Assembly: GCA_963712745.1 (NCBI GenBank)
Contig: CAVQJC010000011.1
Span: 256,001-320,000, forward strand
DNA length: 64,000 nt
Origin: an uncultured Chloroflexia bacterium
Lineage (GTDB): Bacteria; Chloroflexota; Limnocylindria; Limnocylindrales; CSP1-4
Direction of reading: 5' to 3'
The translations under genes and the position numbers were made by a program. Of this stretch, positions 51,253-60,668 are shown piece after piece; the first letter of the stretch is position 1, and each line of letters opens with the position of its first letter. A model generated the notes under the pieces. It saw only the letters and a program-made list of their open reading frames with translations, ran no database searches and was not told the DNA's origin.

Positions 51253-53352
51253 TCAGGTCTCTGCGAACAGATGTCTGGAGATCACGTGGTCCTGATACTC
51301 AGGCGACAGATCACAGAAGTAGCCGCTCCAGCCCCAGACCCGAACGATGAGGTCACGGTGGTCCTCGGGATGCGCCTTGGCCTCGATGAGCTTGCTCGCG
51401 CTCAGCGCGTTCAGCTGCAGTTGCTGGCCGCCGAGCTGGGCGAACGTGCGCACGAGCGTCGCGACCTTGCCGATCGAGCCCTCGCCCCGGAAGACCGAGT
51501 CGGAGAGCTCCAGCGTGATAGGGCCACCGTTGCAGATGCGACCGTAGTCGAGCTTGGAGTAGGACTGCAGGACGCTGATCGGGCCCCGCAGCCGGGTCCC
51601 TGGCGTGGGCGCAAGGTTTGCGCCGAATGGATCCCCCCGCCGGCGTCCGTCCGCTGTCGGACCGACGACGGGCTCAGGCAGCGGCCCGTCGCTGCGCCCC
51701 CGTGCGAGCCACAGGTAGTACATGGCCGTACCAGTGCCCGGGCGGACCACCAGCCCAGACCGATCGAGCTCCGCCTCGCAGGCGTCCGCCAGCCAGTCGT
51801 AGAGCTTCACGAGCAAGTCATCCACGAGCGGCTCATTCAGGCCAACGTGAGGACTCTCATTGGCCAGCCGGTTCCGGAGCGCCTCGTGACCGACGAAGTC
51901 ATCATCGAGCGCACGGAGCACGTCTGCCGGCTCCGTGTCCGCCAGCTCGAAGACGTGCCGCTGGATCGCTGCGAGCGAGTCGGCCGCGCTCGCAGCGGCC
52001 GCGCCGTGGATACCGAGATTGCGGTACCTCGCCCCGCGGCCGTGATCGACACCGCGTTCCAGAGCGTTGGTCATGAGGACGGAGTACCAGGGCGCGGGCG
52101 CCCAGAGGAGTCGTTCATATGGAGTTGTCCGCTCGCGGACCTGAAGGGCGATCTGCTCTCTGGTCAGGTCGAGGATGTCCTCGAAGGAAGCACCCGCATC
52201 CAGCCCCTCACGGATGGCATGGTCGGCCGCGGCCGGGAACGACACGGCGCCGATGTTGCCGACATCCATGCCACGACCCGGGATGATGAACTCCCAGCAC
52301 GCAGCCACGGTGTAGTCGCGCGCATCCTCGAGGTCGTAGCCATGGCTCGCAAGGGCGGGGATGACGACATCATCGTTGGCGTACTGGGGGAAGCCAAGGC
52401 CCTTTCGTGTGAGCTCGGTGGCGAGCTCCAGAAGGGACTGGTCGGTAGCGGCGTTGATACGCAGGTTGACCTTGGGGTCGATAAGCCCGACATCCCGGGC
52501 CACGCGAAGAGCCATCCAAGTCAGTGGATTGACTGCGGAGTCACCAGCCGGCGTGGTGCCACCGAGCGTCATCGACTGACCGTTGTCTCCCTGCTGGATA
52601 CCGGGATAGAGGTCGGAATCCCGATTGAGGGCGATGAAGAACTCGGCCAGCAGTTCCTCGGCGTCGGCTTCATCGAGGCGGTCCGATCCAAGGTCGGCCG
52701 ACAGGTACGGCCAGAGGTACTGATCCAGACGGCCAAGCCCGACATGATGGTGTCCCGACAGCCAGACGATCGCCTGGAGGAAGCGCAGCGACTGCAGGGC
52801 TTCGTGGAAGGTTCGTGCCCCGTGCGCCGGCACATGCTCCAGTACCCGGGCCACCTCTTCCTTGCCCAGACGACGTGCCTCCGCCGCGTACCTGCCAGCC
52901 AGTGCGATGACGGCGTCGACGGTCTCGACTGCCGCATCGGTGAACTCGATCGCGTCATCGTCGCCGACGGCCACAGCTCGCGCGCGGGTCTCCAAGGCGA
53001 CTCGGCGCCGCCCGGCAAGGCCCTGTCCGAGGGCCATGGCCCAGTCGGCACAGACGTTGTTGATGACCCCACCCTCGTGCAGGGTCCGACCCTCAGTCAG
53101 GGCCGCGAGGTCCGAGGTCGTATAGACGTCCGGGATGTCACGGAGGGTCCGGGTGAAGACGATGCGTTCTTCGGGCTCGATGACGACCCGTTCCGCTTCA
53201 CACATGCGCCTTGTGAGCCGGGCTCGCCGCATCGGCCAGGAGAGACCCTGGCCATCGCACTCGCTGATGAGCTCTGGGGAGGCGCTTTGCCGGAAGCGCA
53301 CGAAGTACCCGTCGCGCGTCCGCGCGCGCAGTCCTGTCAGTCTCTCGTTCAT
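51253..53352 (-). CDS. Glycyl radical enzyme (PFL-like superfamily), uncharacterised, 699 aa
   Basis: TFHEALQ, GRLDQYLWPY, AACWE Cys loop, TADGR, QLQLN, DLIVRVWGWS glycyl loop; ATGA overlap with the activase gene. Confidence 0.92.
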   Translation of the reverse strand: MNERLTGLRARTRDGYFVRFRQSASPELISECDGQGLSWPMRRARLTRRMCEAERVVIEPEERIVFTRTLRDIPDVYTTSDLAALTEGRTLHEGGVINNVCADWAMALGQGLAGRRRVALETRARAVAVGDDDAIEFTDAAVETVDAVIALAGRYAAEARRLGKEEVARVLEHVPAHGARTFHEALQSLRFLQAIVWLSGHHHVGLGRLDQYLWPYLSADLGSDRLDEADAEELLAEFFIALNRDSDLYPGIQQGDNGQSMTLGGTTPAGDSAVNPLTWMALRVARDVGLIDPKVNLRINAATDQSLLELATELTRKGLGFPQYANDDVVIPALASHGYDLEDARDYTVAACWEFIIPGRGMDVGNIGAVSFPAAADHAIREGLDAGASFEDILDLTREQIALQVRERTTPYERLLWAPAPWYSVLMTNALERGVDHGRGARYRNLGIHGAAAASAADSLAAIQRHVFELADTEPADVLRALDDDFVGHEALRNRLANESPHVGLNEPLVDDLLVKLYDWLADACEAELDRSGLVVRPGTGTAMYYLWLARGRSDGPLPEPVVGPTADGRRRGDPFGANLAPTPGTRLRGPISVLQSYSKLDYGRICNGGPITLELSDSVFRGEGSIGKVATLVRTFAQLGGQQLQLNALSASKLIEAKAHPEDHRDLIVRVWGWSGYFCDLSPEYQDHVISRHLFAET

Positions 53353-54104
53353 GCGACTCGAACCTCGATTCCCTCGCGCCTGAATGGCTCCAGGAGCGCG
53401 TTCGGCTGTTGATCCTCGGCGAATCCGGGGCTGAAGGTCATTCCACAGGCGGCGTACTTCGCCCCGGCTGCCCGGTTGTACGGAAGCAGCTGGACTTCGA
53501 CCAGGGTGGGCGTCGTCGTGAGCCACCGGGCGATGGCATCGAGGTTGTCCCTTGTGTCGGTCACGCCCGGCACGAGCGGGACCCGCGCTACGAACGGTCG
53601 TGAAAGCCGCTCCAGCAGCGCCACGTTCCTGAGGATCTGCCCGTTCTCCTGTCCCGTCCAGCGTCGATGGGCATGCGGGTCGATGAGCTTGAGGTCGAGG
53701 AACAGGAGGTCGCAGCGTCCGGCCACGGAACAGAAGCTGTCGGCGTCCGCGTATCCCGAGGTGTCGAGCACGACGTGCGTGTCACCGAGCAGGTCGATGA
53801 CGTCGGCTACGAAGCCTGCCTGCATGAGGGGCTCCCCGCCGGAGAACGTGAAGCCGCCTCCGCCCGCGGCCAGGATGTCGACCTGCCCGTTCAGCAGGCC
53901 GGCCAGCTCCTCTGCCTCGTAGCTGCGTCCCACCGTGCGCTCGCCTGCTGGTGAGCGCATCACTTGTGGGGCCATCTCCAGGCCCTCCGGGTTGTGGCAC
54001 CAGGTGCAGCGAAGCGGGCAGCCCTTCATGAACACGGTGGTACGGATACCAGGCCCGTCATGGACCGTGAACTCGCGGATGTCGAAGACGATGCCCTGAC
54101 TCAT
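53349..54104 (-). CDS. Glycyl-radical enzyme activating protein (radical SAM)
   Basis: HDGPGIRTTVFMKGCPLRCTWCHNPE, FSGGEP, DTSG, DLK, LLPYN; no auxiliary ferredoxin insert. Confidence 0.93.
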   Translation of the reverse strand: MSQGIVFDIREFTVHDGPGIRTTVFMKGCPLRCTWCHNPEGLEMAPQVMRSPAGERTVGRSYEAEELAGLLNGQVDILAAGGGGFTFSGGEPLMQAGFVADVIDLLGDTHVVLDTSGYADADSFCSVAGRCDLLFLDLKLIDPHAHRRWTGQENGQILRNVALLERLSRPFVARVPLVPGVTDTRDNLDAIARWLTTTPTLVEVQLLPYNRAAGAKYAACGMTFSPGFAEDQQPNALLEPFRREGIEVRVA

Positions 54105-54135
54105 GGTGTGCGATCCCCCGGGAGGTGTGGCCCAG

Positions 54136-55734
54136 TCACGCGTCTGCTCCGGCGGATCCGTTCGTGTCGCCCACGTTCCTGTCCGGCAGCATCAAGGTCA
54201 GGAGCGACTGCTCGGTGGCCTCATCGCGTGCGACCTCGGCCGAGATCGAACCCGCGCGCATCACGTAGATGCGATCGCTCATGCTGATGATCTCAGGCAG
54301 GTCGGAGGAGATCATGAGGACCGCTCCGCCCCGGTCGGCGATGGCTTCCATGAGCTGGTAGAGCGCATAGCGCGCCGAGACGTCTACGCCGCGGGTAGGT
54401 TCATCGAGGACGTAGACGAGCCGGTCGCGAGCCAACCACTTGCCGATCGCCACGCGCTGCTGATTGCCGCCGCTCAGGGTGAACGCTGGCTGGCGCACCG
54501 TGCGGGCCACGATGCTCAGCTCCTCCACCAGCGAGCTTGCCAGTCCTTCCTCCCGACCGGGGCTGACGAGCGGCCCCGGGCCCAGGCGCGGCCACTCCGT
54601 GATGGCCAGGTTGCGCACGATCGGTAGCGACAGGATGACGCCCTGGTCCTTGCGGTTCTCGGGGACGAAGGCGAATCCGGCGTCGAGACGACGGCGCATC
54701 GGCCACGACGTGACGTCAACTCCGTTGAGGAGCACCGAGCCTGACTCCGCCGGGTCCGCCCCCACGATGACGCGGGCCAGCTCAGTCCTGCCGGCGCCGA
54801 CCAGTCCGGCGACACCGACGATCTCACCCCGTCTGACCGTGATCGAGACAGCTGCCGGAGCCCCGACCGGCAGCAGGTCCCGGGTCTCCAGGGCGATGTC
54901 ACCCGGCGTCGACCGACCACGCTGGTAGACCGAGTCGAGATGGCGGCCAACCATCCGCTCGACGATCTCGTCCTTGCTGGTCTCGCTGGTTCGAAGTGTT
55001 CCCGTGGAGCGACCATCCTTCAGGACCGAGACCCGGTCAGAGATGGTGAAGACCTCGTCGAGTCGATGCGTGACGAAGAGGATGCCTAATCCCTCCGAGC
55101 GCAGCCGTCGCAGCAGTTCGAAGAGTCGCTCCGTCTCGAAACGGCTGAGGCTGGCCGTGGGTTCATCAAGGATGAGGATGCGCGAGCGTTCGTTCAGCGC
55201 CCGCGCGATCTCCACCAGCTGCTGCTGCGACGTCGAGAGTCGCTCGACCGGGGTGTCCGGATCGATGGCCACGCTGAGCGTGGCGATGGCGTCGGTCGCC
55301 TGCCGCCGCATCTCGCCCTTGTCCAGGCGGCGTCCCCGACGCAACTCCCGACCCAGGAACATGTTCTCCACGACCGTCAGGTGTGGCGCCAGGCTGAACT
55401 CCTGCCAGATGACCGCGATGCCCTCCTTGCGCACCCGGGAGATCGTGGTCTCCCCGCGGTAGCGGCCCATCACATGCAGGCTCCCGCCCTCGTAGGGGAG
55501 GGCCCCACCGAGGATCTTGATCAGCGTCGACTTGCCGGCGCCGTTCTCGCCTACGAGCGCGTGGACCTCGCCCGCTCGCAGCTCGAGGGAGGCATCCGCC
55601 AACAGCAGCACATCCGTGCCCCGGATCGGCCGACCTTCGTCGTCGTACGCGAACTTCTGCACGTGTTGGGCGTCAAGCAGGACGGTCTCTGCAGTCTCTT
55701 GAGTCGCCGCAGCGCCTTCTCCCACGGTCGTCAC
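54136..55734 (-). CDS. Sugar ABC ATP-binding protein
   Basis: GENGAGKS, LDEPT, LSGGNQQRV, DEPTRGVDV. Confidence 0.95.
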   Translation of the reverse strand: MTTVGEGAAATQETAETVLLDAQHVQKFAYDDEGRPIRGTDVLLLADASLELRAGEVHALVGENGAGKSTLIKILGGALPYEGGSLHVMGRYRGETTISRVRKEGIAVIWQEFSLAPHLTVVENMFLGRELRRGRRLDKGEMRRQATDAIATLSVAIDPDTPVERLSTSQQQLVEIARALNERSRILILDEPTASLSRFETERLFELLRRLRSEGLGILFVTHRLDEVFTISDRVSVLKDGRSTGTLRTSETSKDEIVERMVGRHLDSVYQRGRSTPGDIALETRDLLPVGAPAAVSITVRRGEIVGVAGLVGAGRTELARVIVGADPAESGSVLLNGVDVTSWPMRRRLDAGFAFVPENRKDQGVILSLPIVRNLAITEWPRLGPGPLVSPGREEGLASSLVEELSIVARTVRQPAFTLSGGNQQRVAIGKWLARDRLVYVLDEPTRGVDVSARYALYQLMEAIADRGGAVLMISSDLPEIISMSDRIYVMRAGSISAEVARDEATEQSLLTLMLPDRNVGDTNGSAGADA

Positions 55735-56771
55735 GTCCGTTCGCCCAGGTATCGACTACGCGCGGCGTCGATGACCAGTGATGTGACGATGAGCAGGCCC
55801 ATCACCGCCTGGTAGAGGAGTGGCGTGATGTTGAGCAGGACGATGCAGTTGCCGATGGTGCGGATGATGATGGCGCCGATGATCACCCCTACCACGGTGC
55901 CGCGGCCGCCGAAGAGGCTGGTGCCGCCGACGACCGCAGCAGTGATGGTCTCGAAGGTCGTGTTGAAGCCGCCGAGCGTCGGCACGCCGATCTGCACACG
56001 GGAGGTGAGCATCACTGCCGCCAGGGCGGCCATCCCGCTCCCGATGGCGAAGCAGGTCACGACGATCCTGGGGACGCGGATGCCGGAGAGGCCGGCGGTC
56101 ACGCGGTTGTAGCCGACAGCTACGACCGAGCGGCCGAACGTCGAGCGGTTGAGCACGATCCAGGCGAGAGCAGCCACTACTGCCGCCAAGACCACGAGAT
56201 AGGGGATCCCGAAGAGGAATCCGGTCTGCAGACCGACGAACAGGTCGTCGGCCGGCATCGAGAGCATGCTGCCCGCCGAGATCATCTGCGCGATGGCGTA
56301 GGCGATGTAGAAGCTGCCCAGGGTCGTGATGAAGGCCGGGATACGGACCCACTGGACGAGGACGCCGTTGAACAGACCGAAGGCGACGCCTGTCCCGAGG
56401 GCCACTGTAAGCGACAAGGCAAAGTTGCCAGTCTCGATCATGACCGTCACGAGGACGACCGATGTCAGGCCGTACACCGCGCCCACCGACAGGTCGATGC
56501 CGCCGATAAGCAGTACGAACAGGATGCCGATCGCCGCGACCGAGAGGTCAGAAGCCTGACGCAGGACATTGCGGATGTTGTCGAGGCTCCCGAAGTTCGG
56601 TACGAACAGGGCCGCCAGGATCCACATCACGATGAGGAGCCCCAACAGGCCCAAGGTCGGGTTCCGGCTGATCCGATCCCACATCGCGGCCAGGCGACCT
56701 CGCGAGGTCGCCGCGGCGGGCTCGGGGGTGGTCCGGGGCCCGCCTGTCACGGTCCTCTCGGGATCGCTCAT
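55731..56771 (-). CDS. Sugar ABC permease
   Basis: GIDLSVG, PAFITTLG, ITAAVVGGTSLFGGRG. Confidence 0.93.
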   Translation of the reverse strand: MSDPERTVTGGPRTTPEPAAATSRGRLAAMWDRISRNPTLGLLGLLIVMWILAALFVPNFGSLDNIRNVLRQASDLSVAAIGILFVLLIGGIDLSVGAVYGLTSVVLVTVMIETGNFALSLTVALGTGVAFGLFNGVLVQWVRIPAFITTLGSFYIAYAIAQMISAGSMLSMPADDLFVGLQTGFLFGIPYLVVLAAVVAALAWIVLNRSTFGRSVVAVGYNRVTAGLSGIRVPRIVVTCFAIGSGMAALAAVMLTSRVQIGVPTLGGFNTTFETITAAVVGGTSLFGGRGTVVGVIIGAIIIRTIGNCIVLLNITPLLYQAVMGLLIVTSLVIDAARSRYLGERT

Positions 56772-57759
56772 GTGCTGCGGACGCCCCGGGCGCGCACGAC
56801 TGCCCTGCTCAGGGCATCACGAAGGACCGGACCCTGGACCGTCACGAGCACCGCCAGGATGATGAGCATGCCCGTGACGAGGTCCTGCATGAACGGTTGC
56901 ACACCCTGCAGGTTCAGGATGTTGCGGATCGCGACCAGGAAGACGGCACCCGCGCCGGCGGCCCAGAGATGTCCGCGGCCGCCGAAGAGGTCGACTCCTC
57001 CGATGACGCAAGCGGCCACAGCGGACAGCGTGAACGGTTCCCCCTGCAGCGGGCTGGCCGTTCCCAGTCGCGCGGCCAGCATCGTTCCGGCCGTTGCGGC
57101 CAGCAGCCCGGACACGACATAGGCACTTGACAGGATGCGGAGGACCGGGACACCGGATAGGCGGGCAACGGCCAGGTTGTCTCCCGTCGCTCGCAGGTGC
57201 ACGCCCCAGCTCGTCATGCGCCAGACAACCTCCAGCAGGACGAGGACGGTGACTGCCAAGACGACCAGGTAGGGGATCCCGAGGACGCCATCGTTACCGA
57301 GCGACACCAACTCGGGCGGGAGGAGCGGGCGACCGACCAGGTCGGCCAGATAGAGGGCCAGGCCGGCGGCGATGCCCAGCGTTCCAAAGGTAGCGATGAA
57401 CGGCGGCAGCTTGAGGCGGGAGACGATGACGGCATTGATGGCTCCGAACGCCACGCCCGCCGCCAGGCCGGCGATCACGGCCAGCGGCCAGGCTACGCCG
57501 ATGCTCACGAGCGCGACCTCCAGCACGCCCACGAGAGACATCACGCCACCGATCGACAGATCGATACCGCCGGTGACGATGACGAGGGTCATGCCGAACG
57601 CCGCCACCGACAGGATCGCTGCCTGGGACACGACGTTCTCGAGGTTGGGGAGCGTCGCGAAGTAGGGCACGAACTGGCCCACGAGCAGCACGCGCCACGG
57701 CGATCAGCAGCAACGGCAGCGATCGCGCGTGGCAGTCGGTCCCTCTGGCGGCTGGGCAT
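56768..57759 (-). CDS. Sugar ABC permease; two apparent +1 insertions near the N-terminus (~57720, ~57693)
   Basis: GIDLSIG, PPFIATFG, VIGGVDLFGGRG; GGAGG RBS and ATG 57759; removing two bases gives MPSRQRDRLPRAILPLLLIAVAVLLVGQF. Confidence 0.85.
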
Positions 57760-57780
57760 CCCCAGGGCCTCCGCTGAAGA

Positions 57781-57811
57781 GCTGGCGCACCCCCGTGCGG
57801 GGTGCGTCAGC
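57781..57811 (-). terminator. Intercistronic stem-loop after the SBP gene
   Basis: GCTGGCGCACCCC / GGGGTGCGTCAGC arms with one imperfect pair. Confidence 0.6.
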
Positions 57812-57831
57812 GCACTTGGACTGGGTGGACC

Positions 57832-58800
57832 CTAGAAGGCCTTCTCCATGGCCTCTTCGGCGTTGTCGATCGTCACCGTGGTGGTGCCTGAATCGATGTA
57901 CTTCTCGAGTGAGCCGGGCTCGATCTCACCGTTCGCGATGCCCACAGCGAACTCTGCCGCCATGGAGCCCATGGCCATCGGGTCCTGGGTGTTGTCAGCC
58001 AGGAGCTTGCCGTCGAGGACGCCCTGGATGCCGACCGTGGAACCGTCGATGGCGAGGACCGCCACGTCGGTCTTGCCTGCCCCGGCGAGTGCCTGGAGGA
58101 TGCCGTCGACCATGACGTCACTGGCCGAAAGGACGGCCTGGAGGTCGGGGTTGGCGGTCAGGATGTTCTCCATCGCGGCCAATGCCATGGCGTTGTCCCA
58201 TTCCCCGGTGGCAGACGCCACAGGCGTGATCCCGCCCGAGGCCAGGCCCTCGTTGAAGCCGGTGAGGCGGTCGTCGCCGGCAACCGAGCCGGGTGCGCCC
58301 TCGATGATGGCGACCTTGAGCTCGGGATCGGGCATCGCCGTGACGAGATACGTCGCCAACTCGCGCCCGGCATTCACGTTGTCGGTCGCGATGAGGGTCT
58401 CGTACAGCTCTTCGTTGCCGGCCGCGATGGGCTGGTCGACCAGGATGACCGGGACGCCGGCATCCTTGGCCTTCTGCAGCGCCGGCAGGACCGCCGAACC
58501 GTCGAGCGGGCTCACGATGATGCCGTCGACCTGCTGCGTGACGAGGTCTTCCAGCTGGCTGGACTGGCTGGCCACAGCGGTCTGCCCACCAGCGACCAGC
58601 AGCTGGACCGTACCGCCCAGCTCCTCGACCTTGTCCGTTGCCGCCTGCACCCAGGCGGCCTGGAACGGATCGTTGGTGATGGTCTTGACGGACAGTCCGA
58701 TGACCGGGCCGTCGTCCTGGGCGACCGCGCCCGCGGGCACCATCGCCACAACTAGTGCTGCTGCCGCAATGACAGCTGAGCTGACACCAAGACGTCGCAT
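57832..58800 (-). CDS. RbsB-like sugar ABC substrate-binding protein
   Basis: Signal peptide ending AVA-QD; NDPF, VDGII, AGVPVILVD, DN, R..GF, DG; GGAGA RBS. Confidence 0.93.
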   Translation of the reverse strand: MRRLGVSSAVIAAAALVVAMVPAGAVAQDDGPVIGLSVKTITNDPFQAAWVQAATDKVEELGGTVQLLVAGGQTAVASQSSQLEDLVTQQVDGIIVSPLDGSAVLPALQKAKDAGVPVILVDQPIAAGNEELYETLIATDNVNAGRELATYLVTAMPDPELKVAIIEGAPGSVAGDDRLTGFNEGLASGGITPVASATGEWDNAMALAAMENILTANPDLQAVLSASDVMVDGILQALAGAGKTDVAVLAIDGSTVGIQGVLDGKLLADNTQDPMAMGSMAAEFAVGIANGEIEPGSLEKYIDSGTTTVTIDNAEEAMEKAF

Positions 58801-58994
58801 GAGTGATTCTCCGTTCTTGTGGTCTTTCGGCCACACTTCTGTCTTCGCCGTGGATGCCTCGGATGCCGTTGACTGGGTCCTGGGCGCCGATATCAGCGCC
58901 CGCCGCCGGCTCGGTTCATCCGTTACCATCCGGTGGTCTCGTTCGTAGTGGCCCGGTTCGTCACCCCCCTCCGCCTGCAGACTGTGATGAGTTC

Positions 58995-60497
58995 CTAGAC
59001 GGCACCGGCAAGATGCCAGTAGGCGTTGCTCCACTGCACTTCCTTGCGGAAGCGGCGAGCCGTCGTGTCAGCGTCGATGGCGACCAGCTCGACCCCGACC
59101 ATCTCGGCGAAGTCCTCGATGACCTCGAGACCGACCGCCTGCGAGTAGGCCGTGTGGTGCGGGCCGCCCGCCAACAGCCACGACTCGGCCGCGGTGGTGA
59201 AGTCCGGCTTGGGCACCCACAACGCACGGGCCACAGGCAGCTTCGGCAGGTCCGAGGGCGGGTCGATGGCGTCGATCTCGTTGGCCACCAAGCGCAGGCG
59301 CGTGCCCATGTCGACCAGGCCCACCACGACACCCGGACCGGCGGCACCGCTGAACACGAGTCGCACCGGGTCCTCGCGTTCGCCCACGAAGAGGGGATGG
59401 ATCTCGCATGCGGGCGTGGCGGCGGCGATGGTCGGACAGATCTCCAGCATGTGCGCCCCGAGCACGGCCGTCTGCGGTGCCCCGAAGTCGTAGGTGTAGT
59501 CCTCCATGAACGAGACGCCACCCTCGAGCCCTTCGCTCATGGCCTTGACGATGCGCACGAGCATCGACGACTTCCAGTCGCCCTCCGCGCCGAAGCCATA
59601 GCCGTCGGCCATGAGCCGCTGGGCCCCGATGCCCGGCAGCTGCTTCAGGCCGCCCAGGTCCTCGAAGGTGTCGACGAAGGCCATCGAACCGCGCTCGGTG
59701 AGGAAGGCCCGCAGGCCCAGCTCGATGCGGGCCGCATCACGCAGGGACTCGCGCCGGTCGCCTCCGGGGCGCAGCTCGGGCACGACCTCGTAGCGCTCGT
59801 CGTACTCGGCGCAGAGTCGGTCGACCTCGGCATCGGCCACCTGGTCCACGACCGCGGCCAGCTCGTTGACCGGGTAGGTGTTGCAGGCGGCGCCGAAGCG
59901 GGCCTGCACCTCGACCTTGTCGCCGTCGGTGTCGGCCACCTCGCGCATGTTGTCGCCGAAGCGGATGACCCGCAGGTCGCGCGCCTCGTGGGCGCCGGCC
60001 GCCGCGCGCATCCAGGCGCCGACACGACGCTGCACGCCCGCCTCCTGCCAGTGGCCGGCCACGGTCTTGCGCGGTATCCGCAGGCGCGACACGATGTAGG
60101 CGAACTCGCGGTCGCCATGGGCCGACTGGTTGAGGTTCATGAACTCCATGTCGATGGCGCCGTAGGGCAGGTCGGCGCCGTACTGGGTATGCAGGTGCAG
60201 GAACGGCTTGGTCAACGCCTGCAGCCCCGCGATCCACATCTTGGCCGGGCTGAACGTGTGCATCCAGCCGATGACGCCGATGCAGCTGTCGTCCGCGGAG
60301 GCATCGATGCAGGCGCGGCGGATGCCATCAGGGTCGAGCAGCGTGGGTGTGTGAACGATCTCGACAGGGATGTCCGGAGCGGCCCCAAGGCCAGCGACGA
60401 TACGTGCTGATTGCTCGGCGACTTGCCGCCGAGTCTCCTCGCCGTAGTAGTGCAGGCTCCCCGTCAGGAAGATGATCCGCAGCCCGTCGAACGCCAT
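58995..60497 (-). CDS. araA: L-arabinose isomerase
   Basis: WMHTFSPAKMW, FMNLNQSAHGDREF, FGDNMR, FGAEGDWK, SFMEDYTY, GAHMLE, GGPHHT; GAGGAGG RBS. Confidence 0.96.
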   Translation of the reverse strand: MAFDGLRIIFLTGSLHYYGEETRRQVAEQSARIVAGLGAAPDIPVEIVHTPTLLDPDGIRRACIDASADDSCIGVIGWMHTFSPAKMWIAGLQALTKPFLHLHTQYGADLPYGAIDMEFMNLNQSAHGDREFAYIVSRLRIPRKTVAGHWQEAGVQRRVGAWMRAAAGAHEARDLRVIRFGDNMREVADTDGDKVEVQARFGAACNTYPVNELAAVVDQVADAEVDRLCAEYDERYEVVPELRPGGDRRESLRDAARIELGLRAFLTERGSMAFVDTFEDLGGLKQLPGIGAQRLMADGYGFGAEGDWKSSMLVRIVKAMSEGLEGGVSFMEDYTYDFGAPQTAVLGAHMLEICPTIAAATPACEIHPLFVGEREDPVRLVFSGAAGPGVVVGLVDMGTRLRLVANEIDAIDPPSDLPKLPVARALWVPKPDFTTAAESWLLAGGPHHTAYSQAVGLEVIEDFAEMVGVELVAIDADTTARRFRKEVQWSNAYWHLAGAV

Positions 60498-60541
60498 TCC
60501 GAACTTCCTCCTCGGCCTGGATGGGCCCAAGTCCCTATGAC

Positions 60542-60569
60542 TGCAAGCGATTGTATGCAAGCGCATGTG
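60542..60569. promoter_or_regulatory. Two abutting LacI-type operators
   Basis: TGCAAGCGATTGTA and TGCAAGCGCATGTG resemble the LacI-family TGxAAxCGxTTxCA pattern, between divergent araA and lacI. Confidence 0.7.
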
Positions 60570-60668
60570 CCAGCGTCAACCAGTACGCTGGAGCCCCATA
60601 GGCGTCAATGACACGACCCGATGCAGCCCGGCCGCTACGATGGGAGGCCGGAGGCACCAAGGACAGCC

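Noticed and set aside
51253-53352. Calling the GRE pyruvate formate-lyase (pflB)
   Set aside because: It lacks the adjacent Cys-Cys pair and the RVSGY loop; it has a single Cys in AACWE
1230-57720. Programmed ribosomal frameshifting explaining the split genes
   Set aside because: No slippery heptamers; the genes are unrelated; single-base corrections restore normal family sequences
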